Counted from the stretch's first letter, positions 1 to 9,959 are shown. The stretch: 64,000 bases of DNA from Candidatus Calescibacterium sp. (GCA_032249135.1 JAVVGL010000010.1:33-64032); one strand, 5' to 3'. The notes: a model not told the origin generated them from the letters alone. Numbers and translations: made by a program.

Positions 1-1581
1 TTGTTCGGATACGCTCTGATGCATAGGCTTTATGAATATAGTTCTGATTTTCCACTTTTTGGTGGAGGAGGCATATTTGGTATGTGTTATTCGTATTCAA
101 AGAATACGGACTTAGCAAAGAAATTAGCATTTATAGATGGATTTTCTACTGCTATTGCTCTTTTTACATTTGATACGAGTATATACTGTTTTGGAGGTGA
201 ACCAGATAAATGTGAAACAGATGTATTTTTAAGCTACATAGATTTTGAAGGTTCCACATCTATAAGAGAACCCTGGTCTTCATATATTGAGGCAAAAAGA
301 TGGGAAAATCATTGGTGTGATAAACTTTTCGGCATTGGTGGTCCACTTGCAGCATTATCATCTTTAAGAACATATTCGTGGGAATCAGCAGGGTATGTTG
401 CCTCTGCAATATGGGATTTATATGATGACATGACTGAGGCAGATAAGAATCTATGGAAGGTTTGCAAGTGGAATGATGAAAGATACGAATATGTTTATAC
501 TTATGATGAAAATGCTCCTTGTGATGTTTGCAGTTTTCATAGGGCGGAGGGATTAAGGTATCCGTGTGATGAATTAAAGCTTCCGTGGGAAAAATTTTTA
601 GAATTTGTTTATCGTTACAAGCCAAAAGATTATATAGATTTTGCAAGGAATTTAGCTTTCAGGCTTCAGATTTTGATAGATGAGAAAATAGATAGGGTAT
701 CAAAATTCAACAGAATAGAATTTTTACCTCAGATACCAAGGAAGGTTGAAATTAATGTAAAGAAATTAGTCACAAAAGATTCGCTCAAAAAAATTGTTTC
801 TTTGAACTGGAATGACTGTTCAGGTGTTGAATCAGAGTTTAGAATATATGCAGATGAAATTCTCTATCACCGGATATCTACTGAAAATAATAGGTTAACA
901 TTTTTTACTTTATATCTCCCTTGTGATATTGTTTCTTATGAAGATGAAATTCTACCTCATAGATTTGGAAAACCGCATTGTTATCAGGTAGCAGCTTGGA
1001 ATACATTTGGTCGTTCAAGGAAATCTCCATTTGATTATAGTCTTTGTGTACCAAATATTTCTCCTCGTGCGTCTCTTACCGTATCTATTTCAGATATAAG
1101 TCCGAATATAGTTATCCTTGATGCTTCTCGGAGCTACGACGAAGACGGAGTTATATGGATATATAAGTGGGATTGTGGATACTATGTTCCTGATGAGGTT
1201 TTAAATCAGATAAGAGATCAGGTGAGAAACTTATTTGGACGAGATATTGAAATTAGAAGAGAAGGAAATTACCTTATAACACCTTATGGAATAAATCGTA
1301 TGGTATGCATATATCCTACGGGCGGAAATTATGAGGTCAGTGTAATAGTTGTTGATGATGAAGGATATGCTGATGTTACCTCAGAGGTAGTTTCAGTTTT
1401 TGCTCCTTCCCAGCCGATTCCAGAACAACCGCCTTCTCCTCAGCCTCCACCTCCTGAGGAAGGTATTGGATGTTATTCAGTTCCTCCTATTTATTCTGCT
1501 TTTCTTTTGGTGTATGTTGTAATTTACTTTTCAATTATTAGCACAGTGATGAAAAAAAGAAGGCGAAAAATGTCGGTCTAA
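1..1581 (+). CDS. 5'-truncated large surface protein: possible degenerate metallopeptidase-like region, PKD-like domain, Pro-rich linker, Cys-TM-basic C-terminal tail
   Basis: The ORF runs off the left edge. PKD-like motifs LDASRSYDEDG..YKWD and GNYEVSVIVVDDEG are present. The tail reads QPPSPQPPPPEEGIGC, then a hydrophobic helix, then KKRRRK. Confidence 0.6.
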   Translation: MFGYALMHRLYEYSSDFPLFGGGGIFGMCYSYSKNTDLAKKLAFIDGFSTAIALFTFDTSIYCFGGEPDKCETDVFLSYIDFEGSTSIREPWSSYIEAKRWENHWCDKLFGIGGPLAALSSLRTYSWESAGYVASAIWDLYDDMTEADKNLWKVCKWNDERYEYVYTYDENAPCDVCSFHRAEGLRYPCDELKLPWEKFLEFVYRYKPKDYIDFARNLAFRLQILIDEKIDRVSKFNRIEFLPQIPRKVEINVKKLVTKDSLKKIVSLNWNDCSGVESEFRIYADEILYHRISTENNRLTFFTLYLPCDIVSYEDEILPHRFGKPHCYQVAAWNTFGRSRKSPFDYSLCVPNISPRASLTVSISDISPNIVILDASRSYDEDGVIWIYKWDCGYYVPDEVLNQIRDQVRNLFGRDIEIRREGNYLITPYGINRMVCIYPTGGNYEVSVIVVDDEGYADVTSEVVSVFAPSQPIPEQPPSPQPPPPEEGIGCYSVPPIYSAFLLVYVVIYFSIISTVMKKRRRKMSV

Positions 1582-1612
1582 GGAGTTAAAGTTTTAGTTT
1601 TTATATATCAAA

Positions 1613-2359
1613 TTATACATCAAAGTTTTGGGAGATTTTGTAGAATTTTTGAGGGTCAAGTGATGCTGTACCTACAAGCCCACCATCACATATATCTTTT
1701 ATTTCTTCTGCAACTTTTTCATCAATACTCCCTCCGTATAAAACAGAAAAATCTTTTATAAACTTTGATGCTTCTTTTCTTATAAGTTCTACTGCTTTTT
1801 CTATTTTATCTTTTGTTGCTGGAATTCCTGTCCCAATAGCCCAAATAGGCTCATATGCGATAACTATTTTTTGATTTTTTAGCTCATCAGGAATTTTTGA
1901 AAGTATTGAAATTTGCTTTATCAGAACTTTCTCTGTTTCCCCTTTTTCTCTCTCTTCTTTTGTTTCACCTACACACAAAACAGGTAATATGTTGTACTTC
2001 AAAGCAGAAACTAATTTTTTTGAAATAACTTCATCGCTCTCCCCGAATATGTTTCTTCTTTCTGAGTGTCCTATTATCACAAAATCAACTCCTATATCTT
2101 TGAGCTGCGTCGGAGAAACCTCACCTGTGAAAGCACCTTTTTCTTCAAAATGCATATTCTGAGCTCCAACAAGAAACCCTGTTCCTATTACAATTTCTTT
2201 CAGAGCCTTTATATAAATGAATGTTGGAGCACAACCTACTTTGAGGCTTAATTTTTTCCCTTTATAGAGCAAAGATAAGAATTCATCTGCCCATTTTTTG
2301 ACCTCAAACAGATTTTTGTTCATCTTAAAATTAGCAAGAACATATCTTTCCGCTCCCAT
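1613..2359 (-). CDS. tpiA: triosephosphate isomerase
   Basis: Motifs ANFKMN, GAFTGE, IIGHSERR, AYEPIWAIGTG, VLYGGS and GGLVGTASL. Start placed at ATG 2359 (MGAERY). Confidence 0.97.
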   Translation of the reverse strand: MGAERYVLANFKMNKNLFEVKKWADEFLSLLYKGKKLSLKVGCAPTFIYIKALKEIVIGTGFLVGAQNMHFEEKGAFTGEVSPTQLKDIGVDFVIIGHSERRNIFGESDEVISKKLVSALKYNILPVLCVGETKEEREKGETEKVLIKQISILSKIPDELKNQKIVIAYEPIWAIGTGIPATKDKIEKAVELIRKEASKFIKDFSVLYGGSIDEKVAEEIKDICDGGLVGTASLDPQKFYKISQNFDV

Positions 2360-2482
2360 AGTTTTTATAAGTTGTGTTGAGGTTTTTAGATTTGTGAATT
2401 TCAAGATATTATTTAGATTGATGAAAGGAAAGCTCAATCAACTGTGATCAAAGGAAATTCTGTGGTTTAAAATTTCAACTTC

Positions 2483-3496
2483 TCAAATGATTTGTTCTGC
2501 ATCCATTTCAGCGTAGTGTTTCCCTCCAAAAAGTAAAGAGATTGCCTTTGCTTCTCTCATCCACTTTTCTACTGGGTGGTCTTTGACGAAACCGTGTCCT
2601 CCTAAAATTTGTACTCCCCATACTGTGAATTTTTCGGCTGTTTCCGATACAAAAGCGAAGCAATCCGCACATACTCTGAAAAAGTCCTCTTGTTTTGTAT
2701 CAAGTGACCATGCAGCTTTGTAAGTGTAAAGTTGGCAAGCTGAGACTGCAATTGAGAAGTCAGAAAGTATAAAAGCCATTCCCTGATGATGAGCTATCTT
2801 TTTCCCGAAAGCAACTCTCTCCATAGCATATTTTGAAGAATAGTCAAACGATGCCCTTATTATTCCTGACTGAATTGCAGAAAGATATAGTCTCACAACA
2901 GATATAAAATATTTGCCCTGATCTTTGAGTTCAAATACTTCTTGGGGTTTTGAATTAACTTCAACTTCGTTTACTCCAACTGCGTCAAGAGCAAGGGGTT
3001 TTTTTGGAGTGATCTGGAAATCATCAAAAACAAAAACTTTCCCATCTTTCAGAAGAAGGAAAGCTCTTATATTTTTGCCTAAAACTGCGCTCGCTTTTCC
3101 TGAAACTGATCCATCTTCTTTTATCTCAAATACACCATCAAAATCAATAAAAAAACTCAAATTTTTTTCGTTTTTGTATTTTTGCTTTATTTGAGGATCT
3201 GCTTGAACAAAAATATGTTTTATAAGTGAGGGGAGTTCTAAATATAAGGTTGCAGCAGCGCATCCGTAAGCTAAATTCTCCAAGCTAAGAACTTTTTTGA
3301 AAAACCCTAAACCACTTCCTCCAATATCCTCCGGGACATCAATCATTCCGAAACCGGTTTCTTCATATTTTGATATTATCTCATAAGGCACACCTTCTTT
3401 TTCCCACTTTCTCATACCTTCCCTTAAAACTTTTCCAAAGCTTTCAGCAGTATCTTTTATCATTTTTTCCTCTTCATCAAGTGCAAAACTTATCAT
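2483..3496 (-). CDS. acyl-CoA dehydrogenase family protein, short form with a degenerate N-terminal/middle domain
   Basis: C-terminal ERVAFGKKIAHHQG and VQILGGHGFVKDHPVEKWMREAK. SD AGGAGGTG precedes ATG 3496. Confidence 0.85.
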   Translation of the reverse strand: MISFALDEEEKMIKDTAESFGKVLREGMRKWEKEGVPYEIISKYEETGFGMIDVPEDIGGSGLGFFKKVLSLENLAYGCAAATLYLELPSLIKHIFVQADPQIKQKYKNEKNLSFFIDFDGVFEIKEDGSVSGKASAVLGKNIRAFLLLKDGKVFVFDDFQITPKKPLALDAVGVNEVEVNSKPQEVFELKDQGKYFISVVRLYLSAIQSGIIRASFDYSSKYAMERVAFGKKIAHHQGMAFILSDFSIAVSACQLYTYKAAWSLDTKQEDFFRVCADCFAFVSETAEKFTVWGVQILGGHGFVKDHPVEKWMREAKAISLLFGGKHYAEMDAEQII

Positions 3497-3561
3497 GAAT
3501 TTCACCTCCTTTCCCTTCTTTAATTTTTACCACAAATTTCCCACACTTACTCTTTTCCTCT

Positions 3562-4659
3562 TTACTCAGAAATTTTTATCTGTATTCTTGGATATTTTTT
3601 GCTTTTTGCAAGCTCAATTGCATCGTTTATTTTCTCAAAAGGAACTTCATAAAACATCTTATCAAAAGGGAGTTTATCTTTATTTCTTTTTATAAAGTTC
3701 TGTGAAAGCAAGATAGTGTATGGATGGTAAAGAGAGACACCTTTTAGAGTAAGATTTTCGCCAATCCAAACAGAAGGGTCTGATTCAAACTTTTGCTTGG
3801 GGTTTATAGCTCCCATAATAAGATATTTCCCGCCCCTTCTCATATACTTTATTCCTTCCATAACAGCAAGGGGGGTTCCTGCAACTTCTACGACAACATC
3901 AGCTCCACCTTCTGTTATTTCTTTTACTTTTGCTATTCTTTCTCTGAAATCTCCATCTAATTTTATTGTGAAATCAGCTCCAAAAGATTTTGCAAGTTCA
4001 AGTCTTTCATCAACTGCATCTACAACGATTACTTTTTGAGCTCCCATATCTTTTGCCACAGCAGTAGCTAAAATCCCCAGCCCTCCTGCTCCTTGAACAA
4101 CAACATTATCACCATATTCTATTCCTATTTCTTTTAATCCGAAAATGACCTGTGATAGTGCGCAGTTTATAGCTGCTGAGATGTTCAAAGGTACATCTTG
4201 ATCTAACTTGAAAAATTTTTGTCCTTGTCTTACCATGTAAAATTCAGCGAATGCTCCGACAAAATATGGTGGTTTTTCGGCTTCGCGCAGAACAGAAGTA
4301 AGACTTTGAAAACATGCGTACTCCTTCCCAATAGCACAAACTTTACACCTGCCGCAGCCCTTGAAATAGCATACAGAAACTATGTCTCCCTCTGAGATTG
4401 GTCTTCCTAAATAATCTGATTTTACTCCTTTGCCTATTTTTTCTACTTTTGCCACAAATTCGTGCCCAAGAACTATCGGATAAAAAAGACCACCGAAAGG
4501 CTTAAAGGCTTCTCCTGTTATCATATGCATGTCTGACCCGCAGATGTTTGCTCTCAAAACTCGCACAAGAACCTCACCTTCTTGTGGATCCGGAACTTCA
4601 ATCTCTCTTATTTCAAGGGGTTTTCCTATTTGAGAAAAAACACTTACTTTTCCTTTCAT
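3562..4659 (-). CDS. zinc-binding medium-chain alcohol dehydrogenase
   Basis: ICGSD, LGHEF, structural Zn site CGRCKVC...C, and Rossmann motif GAGGLG. Confidence 0.92.
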   Translation of the reverse strand: MKGKVSVFSQIGKPLEIREIEVPDPQEGEVLVRVLRANICGSDMHMITGEAFKPFGGLFYPIVLGHEFVAKVEKIGKGVKSDYLGRPISEGDIVSVCYFKGCGRCKVCAIGKEYACFQSLTSVLREAEKPPYFVGAFAEFYMVRQGQKFFKLDQDVPLNISAAINCALSQVIFGLKEIGIEYGDNVVVQGAGGLGILATAVAKDMGAQKVIVVDAVDERLELAKSFGADFTIKLDGDFRERIAKVKEITEGGADVVVEVAGTPLAVMEGIKYMRRGGKYLIMGAINPKQKFESDPSVWIGENLTLKGVSLYHPYTILLSQNFIKRNKDKLPFDKMFYEVPFEKINDAIELAKSKKYPRIQIKISE

Positions 4660-4671
4660 GGCTTCACCTCA

Positions 4672-5730
4672 TCAGACATATGGTAATACTTTTTCTGCGA
4701 AAAGTTTCATAGATTTTCTGACAAGTTCAGTCGGCATAGCTCCCATATTAAATCCACCTATGAACATCGTCGTACCTTGCTGTTTTAGAAGCTGCATTAT
4801 TTCTATTATTTTTTGAGGATCTCCCCAGGCGCAAGATGTATATTCTATATTTCCAGTGAGGATTTCAAAGTTTATTTCATTTTCCTTTCCGGGCCACGGT
4901 TTATCTTTTGGCCATGTTTCTTTGAGCTTTCTGGCAAGAAGGTTGTAAAGGTGTTCCCCACCTTGGAAGAAAGCAAACAGTGTTTTCATAAAATATTTTT
5001 CTGCTAATTCTTTTGCTTTTTTGAGGCTTTTATCAACATATATCCACTTGAAAGCTACTTTTTCTGGCATATCTTCTCTCCCATTTTCCTCTGCATATTT
5101 TTTGTATAGATTAAAAACATGGTGGAGTTCATAAATTGAGAATCCAGCTGCTGGTATAACATAATATCCTCTTTCTGCTGCCCATCTTATCTGGTCATCT
5201 CTTGTTGTAGTTATGTAGACGGGTGGAAAAGGTTTTTGAAATGGTTTAGGCTGAATTTCAACATCTTTTACTTTTATGAACTCGCCCTCGTATGAGACTT
5301 TACCGTTTGTCCATACTTTTGTGCAGAATTCTATTGTTTCTCTCATTATTTTCCAGTTATCTTTTATATCAAGACCGAAGGGAGTGAACTCATAAGCTCT
5401 GTATCCTGACCCGACTGAAAAAACAACTCTTCCTTCTGAGAATTGGTCTAACATAGCAACTCTTTCTGCAAGTCTTATTGGTTCGTTCAGAGGTGCAACT
5501 ATTACCATAGGCCAGAGCTTTATCTTTTTTGTTCTTGCTGCAACCCAGGAGAGGAAATCAAGTACATCAGGCATAATTCCGTAGTGTTCTGCAAAGTGAT
5601 GTTCGGCGGGGCATACTGCGTAAAATCCGAGTTTTTCTCCAAATACAGCTTCTTCAACTGCCTCTTTATAAGCTTGGGCTGGACTTTTTTCCCCAAGCGT
5701 TTCAAACAAGTAAAATAATCCTGCTTTCAT
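4672..5730 (-). CDS. LLM-class (luciferase-like) flavin-dependent oxidoreductase
   Basis: AEHHF, PIRLAERVAMLDQFSEGR, GSGYRAYEF, PKPFQKPFPP and terminal MKLFAEKVLP. Confidence 0.92.
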   Translation of the reverse strand: MKAGLFYLFETLGEKSPAQAYKEAVEEAVFGEKLGFYAVCPAEHHFAEHYGIMPDVLDFLSWVAARTKKIKLWPMVIVAPLNEPIRLAERVAMLDQFSEGRVVFSVGSGYRAYEFTPFGLDIKDNWKIMRETIEFCTKVWTNGKVSYEGEFIKVKDVEIQPKPFQKPFPPVYITTTRDDQIRWAAERGYYVIPAAGFSIYELHHVFNLYKKYAEENGREDMPEKVAFKWIYVDKSLKKAKELAEKYFMKTLFAFFQGGEHLYNLLARKLKETWPKDKPWPGKENEINFEILTGNIEYTSCAWGDPQKIIEIMQLLKQQGTTMFIGGFNMGAMPTELVRKSMKLFAEKVLPYV

Positions 5731-6004
5731 ACCTCAAAATATAAAGTGTAAATTTTCAGTTTATACTTTTTTCCAAAAAATTCAGCTCAAATGAAAATTT
5801 CTTTTAGATAAATTTTTCTCCTACGATAAACAAAATGAAGGAGGTAATTAGAACCAAAATTAAGTTCAAACCGCCAGTATTTTTGCTCCACAGCAAGAGG
5901 GAATAGAGCTCAGACCAATAAGGAGAATGAATTTGAAGAAAGAGGGATGGTCAGAGGGGATATCAAAGAGGAGGAGAAAGTAAAGAGAGAACTGGTTATA
6001 TCAG

Positions 6005-7786
6005 CTACCCGCTATATAGCTTTTCTATTATATCTTTATATTTGTTGTATACTTCGTATCTCTTGACTTTTAGTGTAGGAGTAAGCTCACCGGTTTCAGC
6101 TGTCCACTCATCCGGAACTATTTCAAATTTATAAATCCTCTCATAAGATGGTCTTTTTTCATTTACCCTATCTATAACTTCTTTTACATATTTTCTTACA
6201 ACTTCATTTTTTATGAGAGCATTTACATCTCCTTTGATGTTGTTCCTCTTTGCGAATTCTAAAAGTTCTTGGCGATTTAGTGTTATGAGAGCTACAAGAT
6301 ATGGTCTCTCATCTCCAAATATCGCCACTGAATCAATTAGAGGATCTTTTTTGATTTCTTCTTCAATCGGCTCAGGAGCTATGTTTTTTCCAAAAGATGT
6401 AACTATTATATTCTTCTTTCTACCTTTGAAGAACAAAAATCCTTCTTCATCCATCTCTACAAGGTCGCCCGTTTTCATCCAACCATCTTCCGTGAAAAGT
6501 TCCCGTGTTTCTTCTTCCCTTTTGTAGTATCCCGGCGTAACCGATGGAGCCTTTATCAGAAGCTCACCATCAGGAGAGATTTTGAGATCAACATAAGGTA
6601 TAGGAAGACCGAAAGAGCCGAACTTGAATTTGTTTTCTCTGTTGACAGCAACAACTGATGCAGTTTCTGTCAAACCATATCCTTCAAGGAGTTTTATTCC
6701 AGCAGCAGTAAAGAACTTTGCTATTTCTGGTCTTATTGCAGCTCCGCCCGATATACACAATCTTATTCTACCACCAAACAACTCCCTTATTTTTGAGAAT
6801 ACAAGGGCATCAGCAACTTTATAAAGCAAAAGAATATGCGGAGGAGGTGCCTCGGAGTTTCTCAAATATTCAACATATATTTCTCCGATCTTTTGTGCAA
6901 ACTCAAAAATCTTTGCTTTCAATGGCGAAGATGAAGCTGATGCTTTAATCCTTTCATAAGCCTTCTCATAAATTCTCGGAACAGATGGAAAAAGAGTTGG
7001 TCTTACATCTCTTATGTTTTCTATAATTTTTACAAGACTCTCAGCGTAAGCAACAGCTACAGCATTATATGCAGAGTAGAAAATTATGAGACGACCGAAT
7101 ATGTGAGCAAAAGGAAGCCATGCAAAAATAACATCATCTTCCTTCGGTTGAATTATTTGACTTACGGAATGAACCATAGATAATATGTTCCCGTGAGTCA
7201 AAATAACCCCTTTTGGAAGCCCAGTTGTCCCAGAAGTATAAACTATTGTAGCAATATCATCAAGTCCTATCTTTTCAAGACTAACTTTATCGTGTAAATT
7301 CTCTCCCTTATTTTCAAACTCGTCAAGCAATATGAAATCACCTGATTCCTTTTCTTTATCTTTTTCAAAAATAATAACATTTTTCACCCCGCTGAGGTCA
7401 AGCTTTTCAAGGTTTTTTGGCTTTTCGGAAAAAACCACTTTTGCCTCAGAATCTTTTAATATAAACGACGCAGTTTCAGGAGATATATTGGGATATATGG
7501 GAACAGTTATAGCCCCGCATGATTGTATAGCAAGATCGCTCAATAACCACTCGCTCCTTGTTTGAGAAATAATAGCAACTTTATCTCCTTTTTTTACTCC
7601 TATGCTTCGGAGAGCCCCTGCGATTGATAAGATTTTATGTCCTGACTCTTTAAAAGTTCTTGAAAACCAAGAGTTTCTGTATTTGAATATCTCAAAAGTT
7701 CTCATAGAGTTAGCCCTTGCTCTCTTAAAAAAAGCATCAGGTATAGATTTAAAAGGAATGTCCTTCGGATATTCCATCTTCCTCAT
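6005..7786 (-). CDS. long-chain fatty acid--CoA ligase (AMP-binding)
   Basis: YTSGTTGLPKG, EGYGLTET, WMKTGD, GRKKNII and GELTPTLKVKR. Confidence 0.93.
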   Translation of the reverse strand: MRKMEYPKDIPFKSIPDAFFKRARANSMRTFEIFKYRNSWFSRTFKESGHKILSIAGALRSIGVKKGDKVAIISQTRSEWLLSDLAIQSCGAITVPIYPNISPETASFILKDSEAKVVFSEKPKNLEKLDLSGVKNVIIFEKDKEKESGDFILLDEFENKGENLHDKVSLEKIGLDDIATIVYTSGTTGLPKGVILTHGNILSMVHSVSQIIQPKEDDVIFAWLPFAHIFGRLIIFYSAYNAVAVAYAESLVKIIENIRDVRPTLFPSVPRIYEKAYERIKASASSSPLKAKIFEFAQKIGEIYVEYLRNSEAPPPHILLLYKVADALVFSKIRELFGGRIRLCISGGAAIRPEIAKFFTAAGIKLLEGYGLTETASVVAVNRENKFKFGSFGLPIPYVDLKISPDGELLIKAPSVTPGYYKREEETRELFTEDGWMKTGDLVEMDEEGFLFFKGRKKNIIVTSFGKNIAPEPIEEEIKKDPLIDSVAIFGDERPYLVALITLNRQELLEFAKRNNIKGDVNALIKNEVVRKYVKEVIDRVNEKRPSYERIYKFEIVPDEWTAETGELTPTLKVKRYEVYNKYKDIIEKLYSG

Positions 7787-7869
7787 ATTGAAAATATGAA
7801 CTTTAAAAACTTTAGGAAAAATAAGAAATTTTCTGGAAATTCTGGCTTAAACTACTTTTTTCTTTAAAG

Positions 7870-9042
7870 TTATGCCCATCCAAATTGTTTTTGGAGCCTT
7901 TTGAATATTATTCTTCTTTGAATTTCGCTTGTTCCCTCCCCTATTTCTCCGAGCTTGACATCTCTGTAAAGTCTTTCAACTTTTGTTCCTTTGATATATC
8001 CAAGACCTCCGAAAATTTGGAGTGCATCTGAAGCGTTTTTTGTAGCTCTTTCCGTAACAAAAAGTTTTGCACATGATGCAATAAGCCCGGCATCTTCTGA
8101 GCCAATATCGTGCATCCAAGCAGCCTTTAATATTATAGCTCTTCCCATATCAACAGTTATCTGCATATCAACTATTTTGAAATTAACATCCTCATAAGCA
8201 GCTATTGGTTTTCCGAACGCATATCTTTCACGAGAGTATCTTATACATTCTTCAAGGCAAGCCGAAACAATTCCTAAAGAGAAAACGGCCATTCCAACTC
8301 TACCTATATCAAAAACTTTCATAACTTGTTTGAACCCTACACCCTCAACACCTCCTATAACATTCTCCGGTGGAACCTCAACAGAATCCAAAAAAACATC
8401 AGATGTAGGAGAACCTCTCACACCAAGCTTATCATAAGGATTTCCAACTTGAAGTCCCTTCATACCTTTTTCAAGAATAAAAGCAGTTATGCCCTCATGC
8501 TTTTTTGTCCCATTTGTGGGAACTCTGGCAAGAACCACAAAGACATCTCCTATTGGACCGTTCGTAGCGTAAGCTTTTTGTCCAGAAATTATATATTTTC
8601 CTTTTGATTTTTCAGCTTTGGTTTTTAGAGCCGCAAGATCTGATCCACATCCCGGTTCAGTAGCACAAAGAACTCCTATTTTTTTACCACTTGCAAGGTC
8701 TGGTAAAAATCTCTTTTTCTGCTCCTCTGTTCCGAACATAGCAATAAAGTTTGCGCACAGGAGAGTATGTGCCAGAGCGGAAAGATAAGTGGATGCACAT
8801 GATTTCGCTAAAATTTCAGATATATAAAAGTATGTGGTCCATTTCATACCTCCTCCACCATATTTTTCTGGTAATGGAGCACCAAGATACCCAAAATCTG
8901 CAAGAATTTTGAGATTATCTCTTATGATGTCCAAAGATGCGGTTTTATCAAGTTCATATGCTCGTGGCTCAATTTTTTCTCTGCAAAGCTTTTCAAAACT
9001 TTCAATTATTGCTTTCTCTTCATCACTCCATGTGAAATCCAT
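7870..9042 (-). CDS. acyl-CoA dehydrogenase
   Basis: TEPGCGSD, GQKAYATNG, KLGVRGSPT, QIFGGLGY and IGEGTSEIQR, which carries the catalytic Glu. Confidence 0.94.
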   Translation of the reverse strand: MDFTWSDEEKAIIESFEKLCREKIEPRAYELDKTASLDIIRDNLKILADFGYLGAPLPEKYGGGGMKWTTYFYISEILAKSCASTYLSALAHTLLCANFIAMFGTEEQKKRFLPDLASGKKIGVLCATEPGCGSDLAALKTKAEKSKGKYIISGQKAYATNGPIGDVFVVLARVPTNGTKKHEGITAFILEKGMKGLQVGNPYDKLGVRGSPTSDVFLDSVEVPPENVIGGVEGVGFKQVMKVFDIGRVGMAVFSLGIVSACLEECIRYSRERYAFGKPIAAYEDVNFKIVDMQITVDMGRAIILKAAWMHDIGSEDAGLIASCAKLFVTERATKNASDALQIFGGLGYIKGTKVERLYRDVKLGEIGEGTSEIQRRIIFKRLQKQFGWA

Positions 9043-9139
9043 ATCTTTTTGTTTTTAAAAATTACAGCAAAAAAATCACTTTTTTCAGTTTATTTTTTGA
9101 ACAATCGGTCAATTTTTAAAATCAATCCTCCAAAAGTTC

Positions 9140-9282
9140 TCAACATTTTTTATACTTCTTACCACTTCCGCTCATGCGCTCAACAGTATTTCATCTTTCC
9201 ACCTTATTGCTTCTTGAACTAAATCGTGTGGAAAATACCCTATACTATCTTCCAACTTCTTCAAAATTTCCTTTCTTTTCAT
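9140..9282 (-). pseudogene. internally deleted relic of a probable DUF1186/SEC-C motif protein
   Basis: SD AGGAGG and ATG 9282 give MKRKEILKKLEDSIGYFPHDLVQEAIRWKDEILLSA*. Immediately after, in another frame, 9169-9140 reads GSGKKYKKC*, a SEC-C remnant. Confidence 0.6.
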
Positions 9283-9357
9283 ACCAAATCGCCTCCTAAA
9301 TCTACTAAACAATAATCAACAGTAAATAAGAATATTAATTTTGATTTTCTAAAAAAT

Positions 9358-9918
9358 CTATTCATTTTTTTTCTTTCCTTTTTCCCAGACATAAAAATAA
9401 AAAACCACACCGAGAAAAGTTCCAAACGCGTTCATAAATACGTCTTTCCATTCAAAGTATCTTCTTATGTGAGGGAATATATTTTGAACTTGCAGGACAC
9501 CCTGAAAAAGCTCGTCAGATAAACCCAATATAGCACCTGATACGAGAGAAAGAATGTATTTTGAATTTGAATTTGGATTTCCTGATTCAAAAGCCTTCAC
9601 AAGAATAAATCCTAAAAAACCATACTCCAAAAAGTGTATTCTTTCTGCGGGAATCTCCATAAAAAGCACAATCAGAATTCCGGAAAATGTCAAAAACAAA
9701 AGCCAAAATTTCCCGCGCAGATTAAGAGACCCAAATTTAGAAAAACGGAAAATCAAAAACAAAAAAAGGAAAATAACCCCCGAGACGAAATAACCATAAT
9801 TTTTTTGTCCAACCACGCTCCTTATAAACTGAATCAAAAACGGAGCAAACGGAATAGTAAGGAAAATTACGATTATGTATATGTATATAAAAATCCAAAA
9901 CTTAATTTCCTTTCCCAC
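9358..9918 (-). CDS. VanZ-like membrane protein
   Basis: Multi-TM protein with ERIHFLEYGFLG, SDELFQ and RYFEWKDVFMN motifs. Confidence 0.8.
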   Translation of the reverse strand: MGKEIKFWIFIYIYIIVIFLTIPFAPFLIQFIRSVVGQKNYGYFVSGVIFLFLFLIFRFSKFGSLNLRGKFWLLFLTFSGILIVLFMEIPAERIHFLEYGFLGFILVKAFESGNPNSNSKYILSLVSGAILGLSDELFQGVLQVQNIFPHIRRYFEWKDVFMNAFGTFLGVVFYFYVWEKGKKKNE

Positions 9919-9959
9919 AATACAACACCCCCAAAACAGAAGAAAATTTAAAGATTACA

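Noticed and set aside
9140-9142. TGA at a Cys position of the SEC-C remnant considered as selenocysteine
   Set aside because: No SECIS-like hairpin is evident, the other Cys residues are lost and the gene is deleted, so nonsense decay is the simpler explanation.
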